Origin: an uncultured archaeon | GTDB taxonomy: Archaea; Altiarchaeota; Altiarchaeia; JAFGQM01 | Assembly (NCBI GenBank): GCA_964592405.1 | Contig: CAZQBY010000002.1 | Span: forward strand, 58,353 to 122,352 | DNA: 64,000 bases | Direction of reading: 5' to 3' | In this document: one piece after another, positions 18,988-28,084 of the stretch | How positions within the stretch are numbered: position 1 is the stretch's first letter | How the letters are laid out: every line of letters begins with the position of its first letter | Translations under genes and position numbers: made by a program | The notes under the pieces: generated by a model | Databases searched by the model: none | Told to the model about the DNA's origin: nothing | Seen by the model: the letters and a program-made list of their open reading frames with translations, nothing else

Positions 18988-20094
18988 TTAAACCATTCTG
19001 TCCAGCCAGTCATGGGCATCACTTGCAGCGAGCAGGTCCGTGAAATCCTGAAAATCGCCGGTTCTGGATATCTCAGAGAATAACAGCATGCGAAGACTGT
19101 CCAGACCCTCCCGGCGGATTCGGGCATTCTTGTCTGCATCAATGAGGCCATATGGATATCCCGGAAATGTGATATCCCTGGAATTTGCAGCAATAGCAGA
19201 CATTATCCTTTCTTTCTGATCCTCCTGTCCCTGCAGTACTTCCACCCTGAGGGTATATCGGCTTTGTGGATGGAAGCAGGCAAAGTTCAGGTCTGCCCTG
19301 TGTGCCGTATCAGTGATATCCACAATGTTCTCATAATACCATGGCGCATGCACTCCATTTTCGCGTGCAAGTCTGTTTATGGCCACTGTAAGCGGTAGCC
19401 CGGATGTCGTATAGAGATGGGAGGTCTTTGAGATACCGCAAAACAGCACATTCTGCCTGTGTGCGGCATCATAGGCAGCCTCCGCATACCCAATCTGGTT
19501 TGTGTATGGTGCATGGAGCGTTCCGTCCCTGATGAATATACTGCCATCTGGCAGGGCACGACAGACAAAGGAGGCATAGTTCCACTCGGCAAAAGAGCGC
19601 GCAACATCGCCAACCCGTGGTATTCTTATCTGTTCCAAACCCTCTCTTATTGTCTTATCATAGGAATCAAAAACCAGATCTTCTTCATTGGGCAGATATT
19701 GGGCATGCTCCTTATGCAACGGAATAAAAGTGTTTTTATATTCTATTTGATTACCATTGCCCTCCCCATCCACACCGGCGGCAGTTGTGATGACAAAAAA
19801 TTCCAGCCTGTTTGGAATACCCAGCCTGATGCGCTTGTTATCCTGAAAACAGCTTACATATATCCTTTCAAAGTGTACTGCAAACGATGGCGCCTGTATC
19901 AACGCCATATTGCCGCCATCCAGAAAAGCTATAATTGTATCACGGTCGTGTGGGGAGGGAATCCTCCTGAAGTTCTTTGCATCAAAGTCCCTTGCCTTAT
20001 AATGGTCTTCCGGCCGGAAACTGGGCCTACCTAGGGGTAAATCAACTACCTGATCAGCTATATGTGCAACCCTCTTGGCAGCATCGGTTATCAT
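18988..20094 (-). CDS. nurA: NurA nuclease
   Basis: AFLDGG, IFIRDG, GISKTS and GYPYGL motifs; position upstream of herA. Confidence 0.9.
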   Translation of the reverse strand: MITDAAKRVAHIADQVVDLPLGRPSFRPEDHYKARDFDAKNFRRIPSPHDRDTIIAFLDGGNMALIQAPSFAVHFERIYVSCFQDNKRIRLGIPNRLEFFVITTAAGVDGEGNGNQIEYKNTFIPLHKEHAQYLPNEEDLVFDSYDKTIREGLEQIRIPRVGDVARSFAEWNYASFVCRALPDGSIFIRDGTLHAPYTNQIGYAEAAYDAAHRQNVLFCGISKTSHLYTTSGLPLTVAINRLARENGVHAPWYYENIVDITDTAHRADLNFACFHPQSRYTLRVEVLQGQEDQKERIMSAIAANSRDITFPGYPYGLIDADKNARIRREGLDSLRMLLFSEISRTGDFQDFTDLLAASDAHDWLDRMV

Positions 20095-21068
20095 CAGAAG
20101 GTTTCCGAAGGCAGTATTTGTTTATCCACCGCAGATATAATCAGATACTTTCTCTGGTTGTTTTTGAGATTGGCCACAAGCGCCTTGTATTTTGGATAAT
20201 ATATGGTCTGTGTTTCAATAGTTATACTCTCTTCCATAAGGGTTTTGTAGACTGGAGGGCGCTGGATTATCTGAGGCGTAAGGACCCTGGTGGTATAATC
20301 CTGCGGAGCAGCCTGCGTTCCAAGGACAGCACTTCTTGGTATGGGTTTTTCAGGGTTGAACTGGACCGTGGGTTTATCCCTGATATAGTTTTCCAGTACC
20401 GGTTTTTCAGCCCAGTTCAGATCATAATAAATGCTTTTCTCCACTACCTTGTTTACAATTTGTGAAACAGTCAGCTTGAGGGTTGGTGCAGATGAGCTGA
20501 AAAAGCCGCCGGCAGAGGGAGGTGATTCTATGTCATGCACCTTACTATCCATTATGACCTTGATAGTATCCGGATCCAGCGGCAGATTAAACTCCTTGAG
20601 GACTTCAAATATGCCCCGGTAGGTAGCCCTTATAAGGTGTATGGGCTCGTATATTTTTGTCAGTGACTCAACACGAAGGTCCGTGGGTTGCGGGCCGCCA
20701 AAGAAGCCGGAGAATGCCTTGGTCTTGAGGCCCCCGGATTCCAGTGCATCTTCGGCAGCCTTAAAATCCATGGATTCCTTCAGAGCCAGTATAACCGGTG
20801 GCTTTGTTATGATCTTCTTGACATCCAGTGCAGGGACTTGGGATGGTTTTGGGGGCGCTTTTGGAGGTGTTTTTGGAGACGGTTTCGGAGGCGGTACCTG
20901 CCTCTGGGCCTGAGCCGGTTTTTGTGCAGCTGGCTGTGGGCCGGTCACCGGCTCTTTGACTTTTTGGCCGGATGTAGTGAAGGGCACTATTTTCGGAACC
21001 GCAGCACCGCAATTTGTGCAGAACTTAGCATCATCGTGCAGTTGCATCCCGCATCTGGGGCAGAACAT
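20094..21068 (-). CDS. Double zinc-ribbon protein with Pro-rich linker
   Basis: CPRCG...FCTNCG; PPPKPSPKTPPKAPPKP linker; stop overlaps the nurA ATG. Confidence 0.8.
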   Translation of the reverse strand: MFCPRCGMQLHDDAKFCTNCGAAVPKIVPFTTSGQKVKEPVTGPQPAAQKPAQAQRQVPPPKPSPKTPPKAPPKPSQVPALDVKKIITKPPVILALKESMDFKAAEDALESGGLKTKAFSGFFGGPQPTDLRVESLTKIYEPIHLIRATYRGIFEVLKEFNLPLDPDTIKVIMDSKVHDIESPPSAGGFFSSSAPTLKLTVSQIVNKVVEKSIYYDLNWAEKPVLENYIRDKPTVQFNPEKPIPRSAVLGTQAAPQDYTTRVLTPQIIQRPPVYKTLMEESITIETQTIYYPKYKALVANLKNNQRKYLIISAVDKQILPSETF

Positions 21069-21120
21069 CTTGTTACCTCACTTGAAAACCTATATTTAAA
21101 CTCTTTCCCATAAAAAACTT

Positions 21121-21960
21121 GTGGATGTCTTCTTTGATCCTGTGTTCCTGAAGCATGATACCGGTTTCCACCCGGAAAACGCCGGCAGGCTGGAGCTGAT
21201 ATTGGACTCACTGGATGAGGATAAGCTGAAGAAGCCGCGCAATGGAGAGGGGTTCCTCAAGCTGGCCCACACGCCTGATTACATCACCAAGGTCAGGCAG
21301 GCCTGCAAAGATGGCGGTTATCTTGACATGGACACTCCTGTCTCGCCTGACACCTACAAAGCGGCATGCATGGCAGTCGGGGCTGCAGTAGATGCCTCAG
21401 AATCCGAAGGCTTCGCGCTGGTGAGGCCACCGGGGCACCACGCCTTCGCGGACCGCGGGTCTGGGTTCTGCATATTCAACAACATGGCCATAGCGGCCAT
21501 CAGGCTAGCTGAAAAGGGTAAAAGGGTCTTCATCTTGGACATAGATGTACACCATGGAAACGGAACGGAGGCATTGGTGTTGGGAAGGGAAAACATAGAG
21601 TTCCTCTCCATACATCAGAGCCCTCTTTATCCAGGAAGCGGGCTGACAGACCGGCCCCCAAATGTGATTAACATTCCCCTTCCGCCGAACACTGGTGACG
21701 AGGGTTACATTGCTGCTCTAGAAGAGAGGGTCGAACCAGAGATAAAAAAATTTGATCCGGATAATGTTGGAGTCTCAGTCGGCTTTGACGCCTACTATCT
21801 GGACTGTGGTTCTGTCTTAGGTAATGCCCTGACTATCACACAGAAGACCTATAAAAGGATCAGGGATATGCTCATACCTTATAAAACCTTCTTCACACTT
21901 GAAGGCGGATACCACCCCCGGAGCCTGCTGGAGGGTGCACACGCGCTGATGGACTTATGA
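21121..21960 (+). CDS. Histone deacetylase family (class II-like) amidohydrolase
   Basis: HPEN, RPPGHHA, GFCIFNN, DIDVHHGNGT, GFD and EGGY motifs. Confidence 0.93.
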   Translation: MDVFFDPVFLKHDTGFHPENAGRLELILDSLDEDKLKKPRNGEGFLKLAHTPDYITKVRQACKDGGYLDMDTPVSPDTYKAACMAVGAAVDASESEGFALVRPPGHHAFADRGSGFCIFNNMAIAAIRLAEKGKRVFILDIDVHHGNGTEALVLGRENIEFLSIHQSPLYPGSGLTDRPPNVINIPLPPNTGDEGYIAALEERVEPEIKKFDPDNVGVSVGFDAYYLDCGSVLGNALTITQKTYKRIRDMLIPYKTFFTLEGGYHPRSLLEGAHALMDL

Positions 21961-22613
21961 TGACCAGAAAGCATAAGACGAGGGCCATGACACCAGCAAG
22001 GAAGTTCAGGATATCTGCAAGTAATCCTGTATTAATGTCTGAAGTTAAGGTAGTAAAGGAAAGGGAAGGAGCAACGAGCTTTGGCACAGGGCCGTGCTTC
22101 ACGCTGGTCTTCCAGCGCAGGGGCAAAGTTGTAAGGGAGAGGGGACCGCATGGCGTTAGGAGAAAGCGGGGGAAACCCACAAGCGTCATCTGGCATGCCA
22201 TGCCGACTTATATCTACTACAACCCCCGGCAGGGGCCGGAGGGTAGTAAAGAGGTAGCGAAAAAGCTGAAGGAGGCAGGGGGGCTCCGAAAGTATGAAAC
22301 TGATGAATTTCACCCAAAGACTGTTACAGACGGCATACTGGACTATCTTTACGGCAGGGGGAGAGGAAGTGCGCGGATATCTGTAACCATCATACCGGGC
22401 AGGATGACCCTGAATAGTCCGCTTTTTTCAAGATCTATGGATGAGATAATAAAGCTCCTGCACATGTACAAAAAGGAAGGCAAGATACACAGCCTCCGCA
22501 CCCGTGGGATATCAAAGGGCAAGGGAAGTCTTATCACACATGTGGACCAACACGGAAGGATATACAGAGACTCATTGAAGCCGTGGAAGAGAAGAGGGGA
22601 GGGTAGAGCATAA
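21957..22613 (+). CDS. CheD/CNF1-fold deamidase-like orphan, copy 2
   Basis: VLMSEVKVV...SFGTGPCFTLVF...VIWHAMP...VTIIPGRM; ATGA overlap with the deacetylase stop. Confidence 0.65.
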   Translation: MMTRKHKTRAMTPARKFRISASNPVLMSEVKVVKEREGATSFGTGPCFTLVFQRRGKVVRERGPHGVRRKRGKPTSVIWHAMPTYIYYNPRQGPEGSKEVAKKLKEAGGLRKYETDEFHPKTVTDGILDYLYGRGRGSARISVTIIPGRMTLNSPLFSRSMDEIIKLLHMYKKEGKIHSLRTRGISKGKGSLITHVDQHGRIYRDSLKPWKRRGEGRA

Positions 22614-22749
22614 AGACAAAAAGGTAAAATCAAAACAGGATAGCCTGGCAGCCTGCTTGGGCAAGGGGACACCCGCACATCTGGGATGAAGGCATATGGG
22701 GGTGTGTAGATCTGTCCCGGCGTCAGGATTTACAGACTGAAGTGAAAAA

Positions 22750-23406
22750 ATGGTGAAAACCATTTTTATTCCATGCCGCGCGGAGGCGGACATCAAGCTC
22801 GTGGTTGAGAGCATATTGGAGAAGGTGGACTACGACAAGATAGGCCTGGTGACGACGGCCCAGTTTGTCCACCAGTTGAATGAAGTCAAAAGGGGACTTG
22901 AGAAGGGGGGTAAGACCGTTGTCATCTCCCCGGGCCACCCAAACCCCGGACAGATCCTGGGCTGTGATGTGCGCGCAGCAAGGGATGCCGACTGCTATGT
23001 CTATCTGGGCACAGGCCACTTCCACCCGCTGAGGGTGGCAGAGGAGACTGGCAAGCCCGTGTTCATGGTCCACCCGAGCGGAGGTATTGAGGCAGTATCC
23101 GAAGACCAGCTTATGAAGCGCGCAAAGATACGCGCTGCGCGCATGCACAGGTTCAAAGAGGCTAAGACCGTGGGCGTGATAGTCTCTACAAAACCGGGTC
23201 AGAACAGGATAGGAAAGGCACTGGAATTGAGGGAGAGGCTCAGAGGAAAAAAACAAACGTTTATATTCGCCGCGAATGAAATTAAACCCGACTGTTTTGA
23301 AGGATATGATGTGGACGCATGGGTCAATACGGCGTGCCCGCGAATTACCGAGGACCGTTTTGGAAGGCCCATGGTTGACATTTCTGAGATCTGGAGGGAT
23401 TTGTAA
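22750..23406 (+). CDS. dph2: Diphthamide biosynthesis protein Dph2, short form
   Basis: LVTTAQF, GQILGCD, GHFHP, STKPGQ and NTACPRI motifs. Confidence 0.85.
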   Translation: MVKTIFIPCRAEADIKLVVESILEKVDYDKIGLVTTAQFVHQLNEVKRGLEKGGKTVVISPGHPNPGQILGCDVRAARDADCYVYLGTGHFHPLRVAEETGKPVFMVHPSGGIEAVSEDQLMKRAKIRAARMHRFKEAKTVGVIVSTKPGQNRIGKALELRERLRGKKQTFIFAANEIKPDCFEGYDVDAWVNTACPRITEDRFGRPMVDISEIWRDL

Positions 23407-23426
23407 GGATTTAATAAGAGTGAAAA

Positions 23427-23981
23427 ATGGCTGAAAAATTTGTTATACCCGGGGATGTTGTGAAAACCCAGAAAGGAACCGGCCCCGGCCTTTATACTGA
23501 GAACGGCCAGACGTATGCTGCGCTGGCCGGGATATTGAAGGAGGATGACAAGATGGTCTCAGTGGAGTCTATAAACCCACTGGTAGAGGTACATGAGGGG
23601 GACACGGTAATAGCATCTGTTGAGGCTATCAAGGGGGAGAAGGTCGTGCTAGTGAAGATACTGAAGGTTGTGGGAAAACAGAGGACCCTGCCGACAGAGG
23701 ACTATGGGGTTATAAGAGTCATGGACATTGCCCCGGGCTACACGGAAAAGGCCAGTGATGAGTTCAAGGTTGGTGATATCGTGAAGGCAGAGGTTATGTA
23801 TGTACTGCCCGATGATATAATACTGACTACAAAAGGACCAAATCTGGGGGTTATTGAGGGCTATTGCTCCAGATGTAGGAGCATACTCCGGATGAAGGGA
23901 GACAGACTCTTTTGCGACATATGCGATCGTTTCGAGAGGCGAAAGGTGTCAAGGGATTATCTAATAAAAAAGGGGGAATGA
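23427..23981 (+). CDS. csl4: Exosome cap protein Csl4
   Basis: FVIPGD, S1 domain (FKVGDIVKA) and CSRC...CDIC zinc ribbon. Confidence 0.9.
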   Translation: MAEKFVIPGDVVKTQKGTGPGLYTENGQTYAALAGILKEDDKMVSVESINPLVEVHEGDTVIASVEAIKGEKVVLVKILKVVGKQRTLPTEDYGVIRVMDIAPGYTEKASDEFKVGDIVKAEVMYVLPDDIILTTKGPNLGVIEGYCSRCRSILRMKGDRLFCDICDRFERRKVSRDYLIKKGE

Positions 23982-23982
23982 C

Positions 23983-24249
23983 ATGGAGGCAAAGATAATA
24001 GAAAAAAAGAAGGGAAAGACAAGATTTTCACTGAAGGGCGTTGACCATACGCTGATGAATCTGCTCACAAAGAAGCTTATGGAGAGCAAGGGTGTTGAAT
24101 TTGCCACCTATTCAGTCCCGCATCCGCTCTTGGAGGAATTCCAACTTACTGTAAAAGCAAGGGATCCGGAAGGCGAGGTGAAAAAGGCCCTTGATGGCCT
24201 CAAGAAGGAAACCGCCCAGATGGGAAAGGCCTTCAGGACAGCCAAATAA
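23983..24249 (+). CDS. rpoL: RNA polymerase subunit Rpo11 (L)
   Basis: GVDHTLMNLL...FATYSVPHPL; follows csl4. Confidence 0.92.
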   Translation: MEAKIIEKKKGKTRFSLKGVDHTLMNLLTKKLMESKGVEFATYSVPHPLLEEFQLTVKARDPEGEVKKALDGLKKETAQMGKAFRTAK

Positions 24250-24266
24250 ACAACAGATCCTCCAAA

Positions 24267-25736
24267 ATGCCGCTGGGTGGTCTGAAATGGAGGGATGAGC
24301 TAGAGCCCAAGGAGTTCAGGAGAATCAAGAGCGAGGTCCAGATTCTGGGCATAGATGATGCGCCCTTCGGGAGGAAGGACAAGAATGTCAAGATAGTTGC
24401 AGTCCTTACGCGGGGTGCCAAGATGCTGGACGGCGTCTTTCACTCCAGTATAAAAAAGGATGGGCTTGATGCCACAGACAGGATAATCCAGCTTGTAAAG
24501 GACATAAAGCGTGAGAACGTGCGCACCATACTGCTGGACGGTATCACATACGGCGGCTTCAACACTGTTGACATCCAGAGAGTTTACCATGAGACTGGTA
24601 TTCCGGTAATTGTTTCTATGCAGAAGCGCCCGGACCACGCAAAGATACATGCAGCCCTGAGGAATCTTGAGAATGCAGATCTGAGGAAGAGTATGATAGA
24701 TGCAGCCGGCAGGGTATATGAGATCCGGCTGGATGGTAACAGAAAGGTTTATATGCAGACTGCCGGGATAAGGAGGGAAGATGCAGAGGAGATTATCAGG
24801 CTCACAACAGTTAATGGCCTGGTGCCGGAGCCAATACGGGCAGCCCATATGATAGCCAAGGGTGCCTACACTGAGATACCAAAAGAGCAGCGCAATGATG
24901 AATGGCTGCATATGAAAGCGTATAACTATGTGAGGGATACCCACAGAAAGGTCAAAAAGTGGAAGAGGAAAACCTTTCCGGGCTTTGCCGGCGAAGTAGT
25001 CAGCTTCCTTTTTGCCCTTTTGCTCGCCTGGCTCTTCATACAGATGTTGGGCTGGATGCTAAACACATCCTCACCACTGGTGGTTGTAGAATCAGAGTCT
25101 ATGGTGCATACCGGCGACTGGATGACATGGTATTTCGACCATAATCTTGACCCAATGACCTATGGCTTTGGCAGCGGGATGGGCGTCGGCGATATCATAA
25201 TCGTAAAGGGAGACAATCCTGATGATATAAACATAGGGGATGTAATCCTGTACACCAAATACAGCTCCAGGACAATCGGCGGCGAGCCGGTTATCCACAG
25301 GGTAGTTGGTATTGTGGGCATAAACGGTGATGAGGTTTACACTGAGGGCGCGGTAAGATGGGACGGAGAAAGGATTATTACACCATGTAGCAGCAGTTCT
25401 AGTTACAGCCTTGATGAGATAAGGAGCCTGTATTCGGGCGATGCTATAAACCGTGTAGTGCCGGGGGTGAAGGACGATCTGACCAGCTTCCGGCTTTTCA
25501 TAACAAAGGGGGACAACCCCAAAAACAATCCCCGGGAAGACCAGTGCAGATTTGGAGGCTCTCCGATGATATCCTATCCCGTCCATGAAAGAACTGTTGT
25601 TGGGAGGGCCAAACTTGACATTCCTTATATCGGATACGTCAAGCTGGGTCTGGTCTGCGCCTACCGCTTTGCCACAGGCAACGTCTGCGGCTGCAGGTGC
25701 TGGTGGGCCGCCGACCATCCCAACTGCTGCAGGTAA
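24267..25736 (+). CDS. Fusion of DUF99 (endonuclease V-like) domain and signal peptidase I (S26)
   Basis: N half: ILGIDDAPF, LLDGITYGGFN and PEPIRAAH. After a transmembrane helix: VVESESM, GDIIIV, VIHRVV and FITKGDN. Confidence 0.85.
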   Translation: MPLGGLKWRDELEPKEFRRIKSEVQILGIDDAPFGRKDKNVKIVAVLTRGAKMLDGVFHSSIKKDGLDATDRIIQLVKDIKRENVRTILLDGITYGGFNTVDIQRVYHETGIPVIVSMQKRPDHAKIHAALRNLENADLRKSMIDAAGRVYEIRLDGNRKVYMQTAGIRREDAEEIIRLTTVNGLVPEPIRAAHMIAKGAYTEIPKEQRNDEWLHMKAYNYVRDTHRKVKKWKRKTFPGFAGEVVSFLFALLLAWLFIQMLGWMLNTSSPLVVVESESMVHTGDWMTWYFDHNLDPMTYGFGSGMGVGDIIIVKGDNPDDINIGDVILYTKYSSRTIGGEPVIHRVVGIVGINGDEVYTEGAVRWDGERIITPCSSSSSYSLDEIRSLYSGDAINRVVPGVKDDLTSFRLFITKGDNPKNNPREDQCRFGGSPMISYPVHERTVVGRAKLDIPYIGYVKLGLVCAYRFATGNVCGCRCWWAADHPNCCR

Positions 25737-25740
25737 CGCA

Positions 25741-26139
25741 ATGGAAAAAAAGATATCCCGGATAACTGCAGATGCTGTCATAATAGAAAACGGCAAGATA
25801 CTTCTTATAAAGAGAGGCAGGGAGCCGTTCAGGGGAAGCTGGGCCCTTCCGGGAGGACATGTAGAGTATAATGAGGTGGTTGAGGATACCATGGTGCGTG
25901 AGGCAAGAGAGGAAACTGGGCTGGATGTAGAGCCCGCCGGGATTGTAGGGGTTTATTCCAAGCCCGGGCGGGATCCACGGGGGCATTATGTGACAATAGC
26001 ATACCTCGCAAGGGTTAGGGGCGGATGCCCTAGACCAGGTGATGACGCGGAAGATGTTAGATGGTGGCCGCTCGATAATCTACCAGAGATGGCCTTCGAC
26101 CACGCGGAAATCATCCGGGATGCAGAAGGTTTGGTCTAA
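25741..26139 (+). CDS. NUDIX hydrolase
   Basis: GGHVEYNEVVEDTMVREAREETGL Nudix box; ATG at 25741. Confidence 0.92.
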   Translation: MEKKISRITADAVIIENGKILLIKRGREPFRGSWALPGGHVEYNEVVEDTMVREAREETGLDVEPAGIVGVYSKPGRDPRGHYVTIAYLARVRGGCPRPGDDAEDVRWWPLDNLPEMAFDHAEIIRDAEGLV

Positions 26140-26302
26140 TCCTCTTGGGGCGTGATAGATATTATTTAAGGAGCAAAAAATTTTGGCGACCTGTGTCAGC
26201 AGCCTCTTCGCTCACTCTGACAGTCCGGACCGTGCCAAAATACTCCAAAGTAACCTTTTTATTCATTGACCCATTAAATTCGCGCAAATTTGGGGGAACG
26301 AG

Positions 26303-27043
26303 ATGCTGAAATTAACAATATCTGATGCCAACTCTTGGAAGAGGAGTGTTGACGCTATAGCCGCACTGATAGACGAGGGGACATTTGAATTCACGGAAGA
26401 CGGGATGGCACTCAAGGCCATGGACCCGTCGCAGATAGCAATGGTTGACTTTGAGATGCCAAAAAAGGCGTTCAGGGTTTACAACATCAGTGAGAAACAG
26501 AGCGTTGGTATAGATTTCTCAGAATTGTCTAGGGTTATGAGGAGGGCCCATCCGGATGACACAATCCACATAGAGCTTAAGGAGAACAAACTTGAGATAA
26601 TATTTGAGGGTAAAGGTAAAAGCAAGAGAAGGTTTCTTCTCCCCGTTATAGATGCAACTGCACATCCAAACAAGCCGAAGATAGAGTTTGATGTGGTTGT
26701 CAAGATGCCAGCGAACGATGTCAAGGAGGTGCTGGCAGACGTTGAACTGGTGAGCAACTATGTGGTTTTTGAAGCAGATGCCAAAGGTCTCCGGATATCC
26801 TCCGAAAGCGAGAGCGGCAAGGCCGAGATAGACCTGTCAAAGGATACGCTCATTGAGCTCAAGGCAAAGCAGGCTGCAAGGGCGATGTTCCCGCTGGAGT
26901 ATCTGAAAAACATGACGCGCAACACGGATGTTGCAACCGTCATACAGATAAGCCTCAAGAAGGACAACCCGCTGGAGATGAAGTACACCATCGGGGAGGG
27001 AAGCGTTACCTATTTCCTGGCTCCACGGATAGAGAATCCCTGA
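26303..27043 (+). CDS. pcn: PCNA sliding clamp
   Basis: AMDPSQIAMV and C-terminal YFLAPRIE. Confidence 0.96.
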   Translation: MLKLTISDANSWKRSVDAIAALIDEGTFEFTEDGMALKAMDPSQIAMVDFEMPKKAFRVYNISEKQSVGIDFSELSRVMRRAHPDDTIHIELKENKLEIIFEGKGKSKRRFLLPVIDATAHPNKPKIEFDVVVKMPANDVKEVLADVELVSNYVVFEADAKGLRISSESESGKAEIDLSKDTLIELKAKQAARAMFPLEYLKNMTRNTDVATVIQISLKKDNPLEMKYTIGEGSVTYFLAPRIENP

Positions 27044-27139
27044 GCGCCCGCACCAAAGATAGGATTGTCTAGGCTGTTTTCAAATATTTTTATTGTCCTA
27101 GAGCTGAAAACCGCGGACGGTCTTCTCACCGGAGTCAAG

Positions 27140-28084
27140 ATGCCTGGTTATTATCCGTTCCTGAACAGTGAGAGGGACAGGCTCAAATCACTGGATGTGA
27201 GAATAGAGGATATCGCCGACAGCCCCATATATTCAAAAGCCCTAGAAAACGCCGCCAAGGACATCCTAGGCATGGCCAGTGAACCCGGAGACCGCGACCT
27301 GGCCATAGTAGAATTCACACTGGCAAAGATACTCCTGTCAATAATAGGAAATCCTACATTGAATGAAAGGTATGCAGAGCGCAAGAGTAGCGAGTTTATG
27401 CAGGGACTTGAAAGAGAAAGCCTGCCCTATCTGATAAAAATAGCCCGTGGAGACTTCGGTATGGACATAAAAACCGAGGATAGTCTGAGGATACACTTCA
27501 TTGATTTCCTTAGTTATAAGCCAGATTTCCTCAAACTGTTCCAGATGGATATGCTGAAGGGATATGTTCAGGTAACAAAAAGCCAGCTGGCCTGGATACT
27601 GAGGGGCGCAATAAAGGAAAGAATACTCAAAACAATACCGGAGAGGACAAGGTTCCCGGAAGCTCTGGAGAAGACTGCCAAGGGCATAAAGGAAAGGGCA
27701 ATACGCGAAAGGAGGTTGCCTGCAAGCCGGCCAAGGGTAGGCAAGCTGAACGAGGCTGCACTTCCGCCATGCATAAAGAATATTATAAATGCCTTGGAGA
27801 CGGGGACGGCCGGCCACAATGCCCATTTTGTGTTGGTGACCTTTCTCCATGGTCTGGGTTTGGATGAGGAGTCTATACTACAGGTATTCAGGAGATCACC
27901 AAGGTTTAAGGAGAAGACAACACGCTACCAGATAAGGTTCTCAAGGGAGAGAGGATATACATGTCCTGCATGCATATCCATAAAGGAATATGGCTTGTGT
28001 CCTGCAAACTGCCCGAGGAAGCACCCGGTTTCAAATTATTTCCTCAATCTCAAAAAGCTGCGTGCAGAAGGGAGGAAAAAATGA
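27140..28084 (+). CDS. priL: DNA primase large subunit
   Basis: YPF start; LPPCI...H...Y.CPAC...LC..NC Fe-S domain; ATG at 27140. Confidence 0.88.
   Translation: MPGYYPFLNSERDRLKSLDVRIEDIADSPIYSKALENAAKDILGMASEPGDRDLAIVEFTLAKILLSIIGNPTLNERYAERKSSEFMQGLERESLPYLIKIARGDFGMDIKTEDSLRIHFIDFLSYKPDFLKLFQMDMLKGYVQVTKSQLAWILRGAIKERILKTIPERTRFPEALEKTAKGIKERAIRERRLPASRPRVGKLNEAALPPCIKNIINALETGTAGHNAHFVLVTFLHGLGLDEESILQVFRRSPRFKEKTTRYQIRFSRERGYTCPACISIKEYGLCPANCPRKHPVSNYFLNLKKLRAEGRKK

Noticed and set aside
27961-28080. N-terminal extensions in track ORFs (priS, and likewise porD, NUDIX, pcm, endA, 52812 gene)
   Set aside because: They overlap upstream genes; downstream ATG/GTG starts give canonical stop-start coupling.
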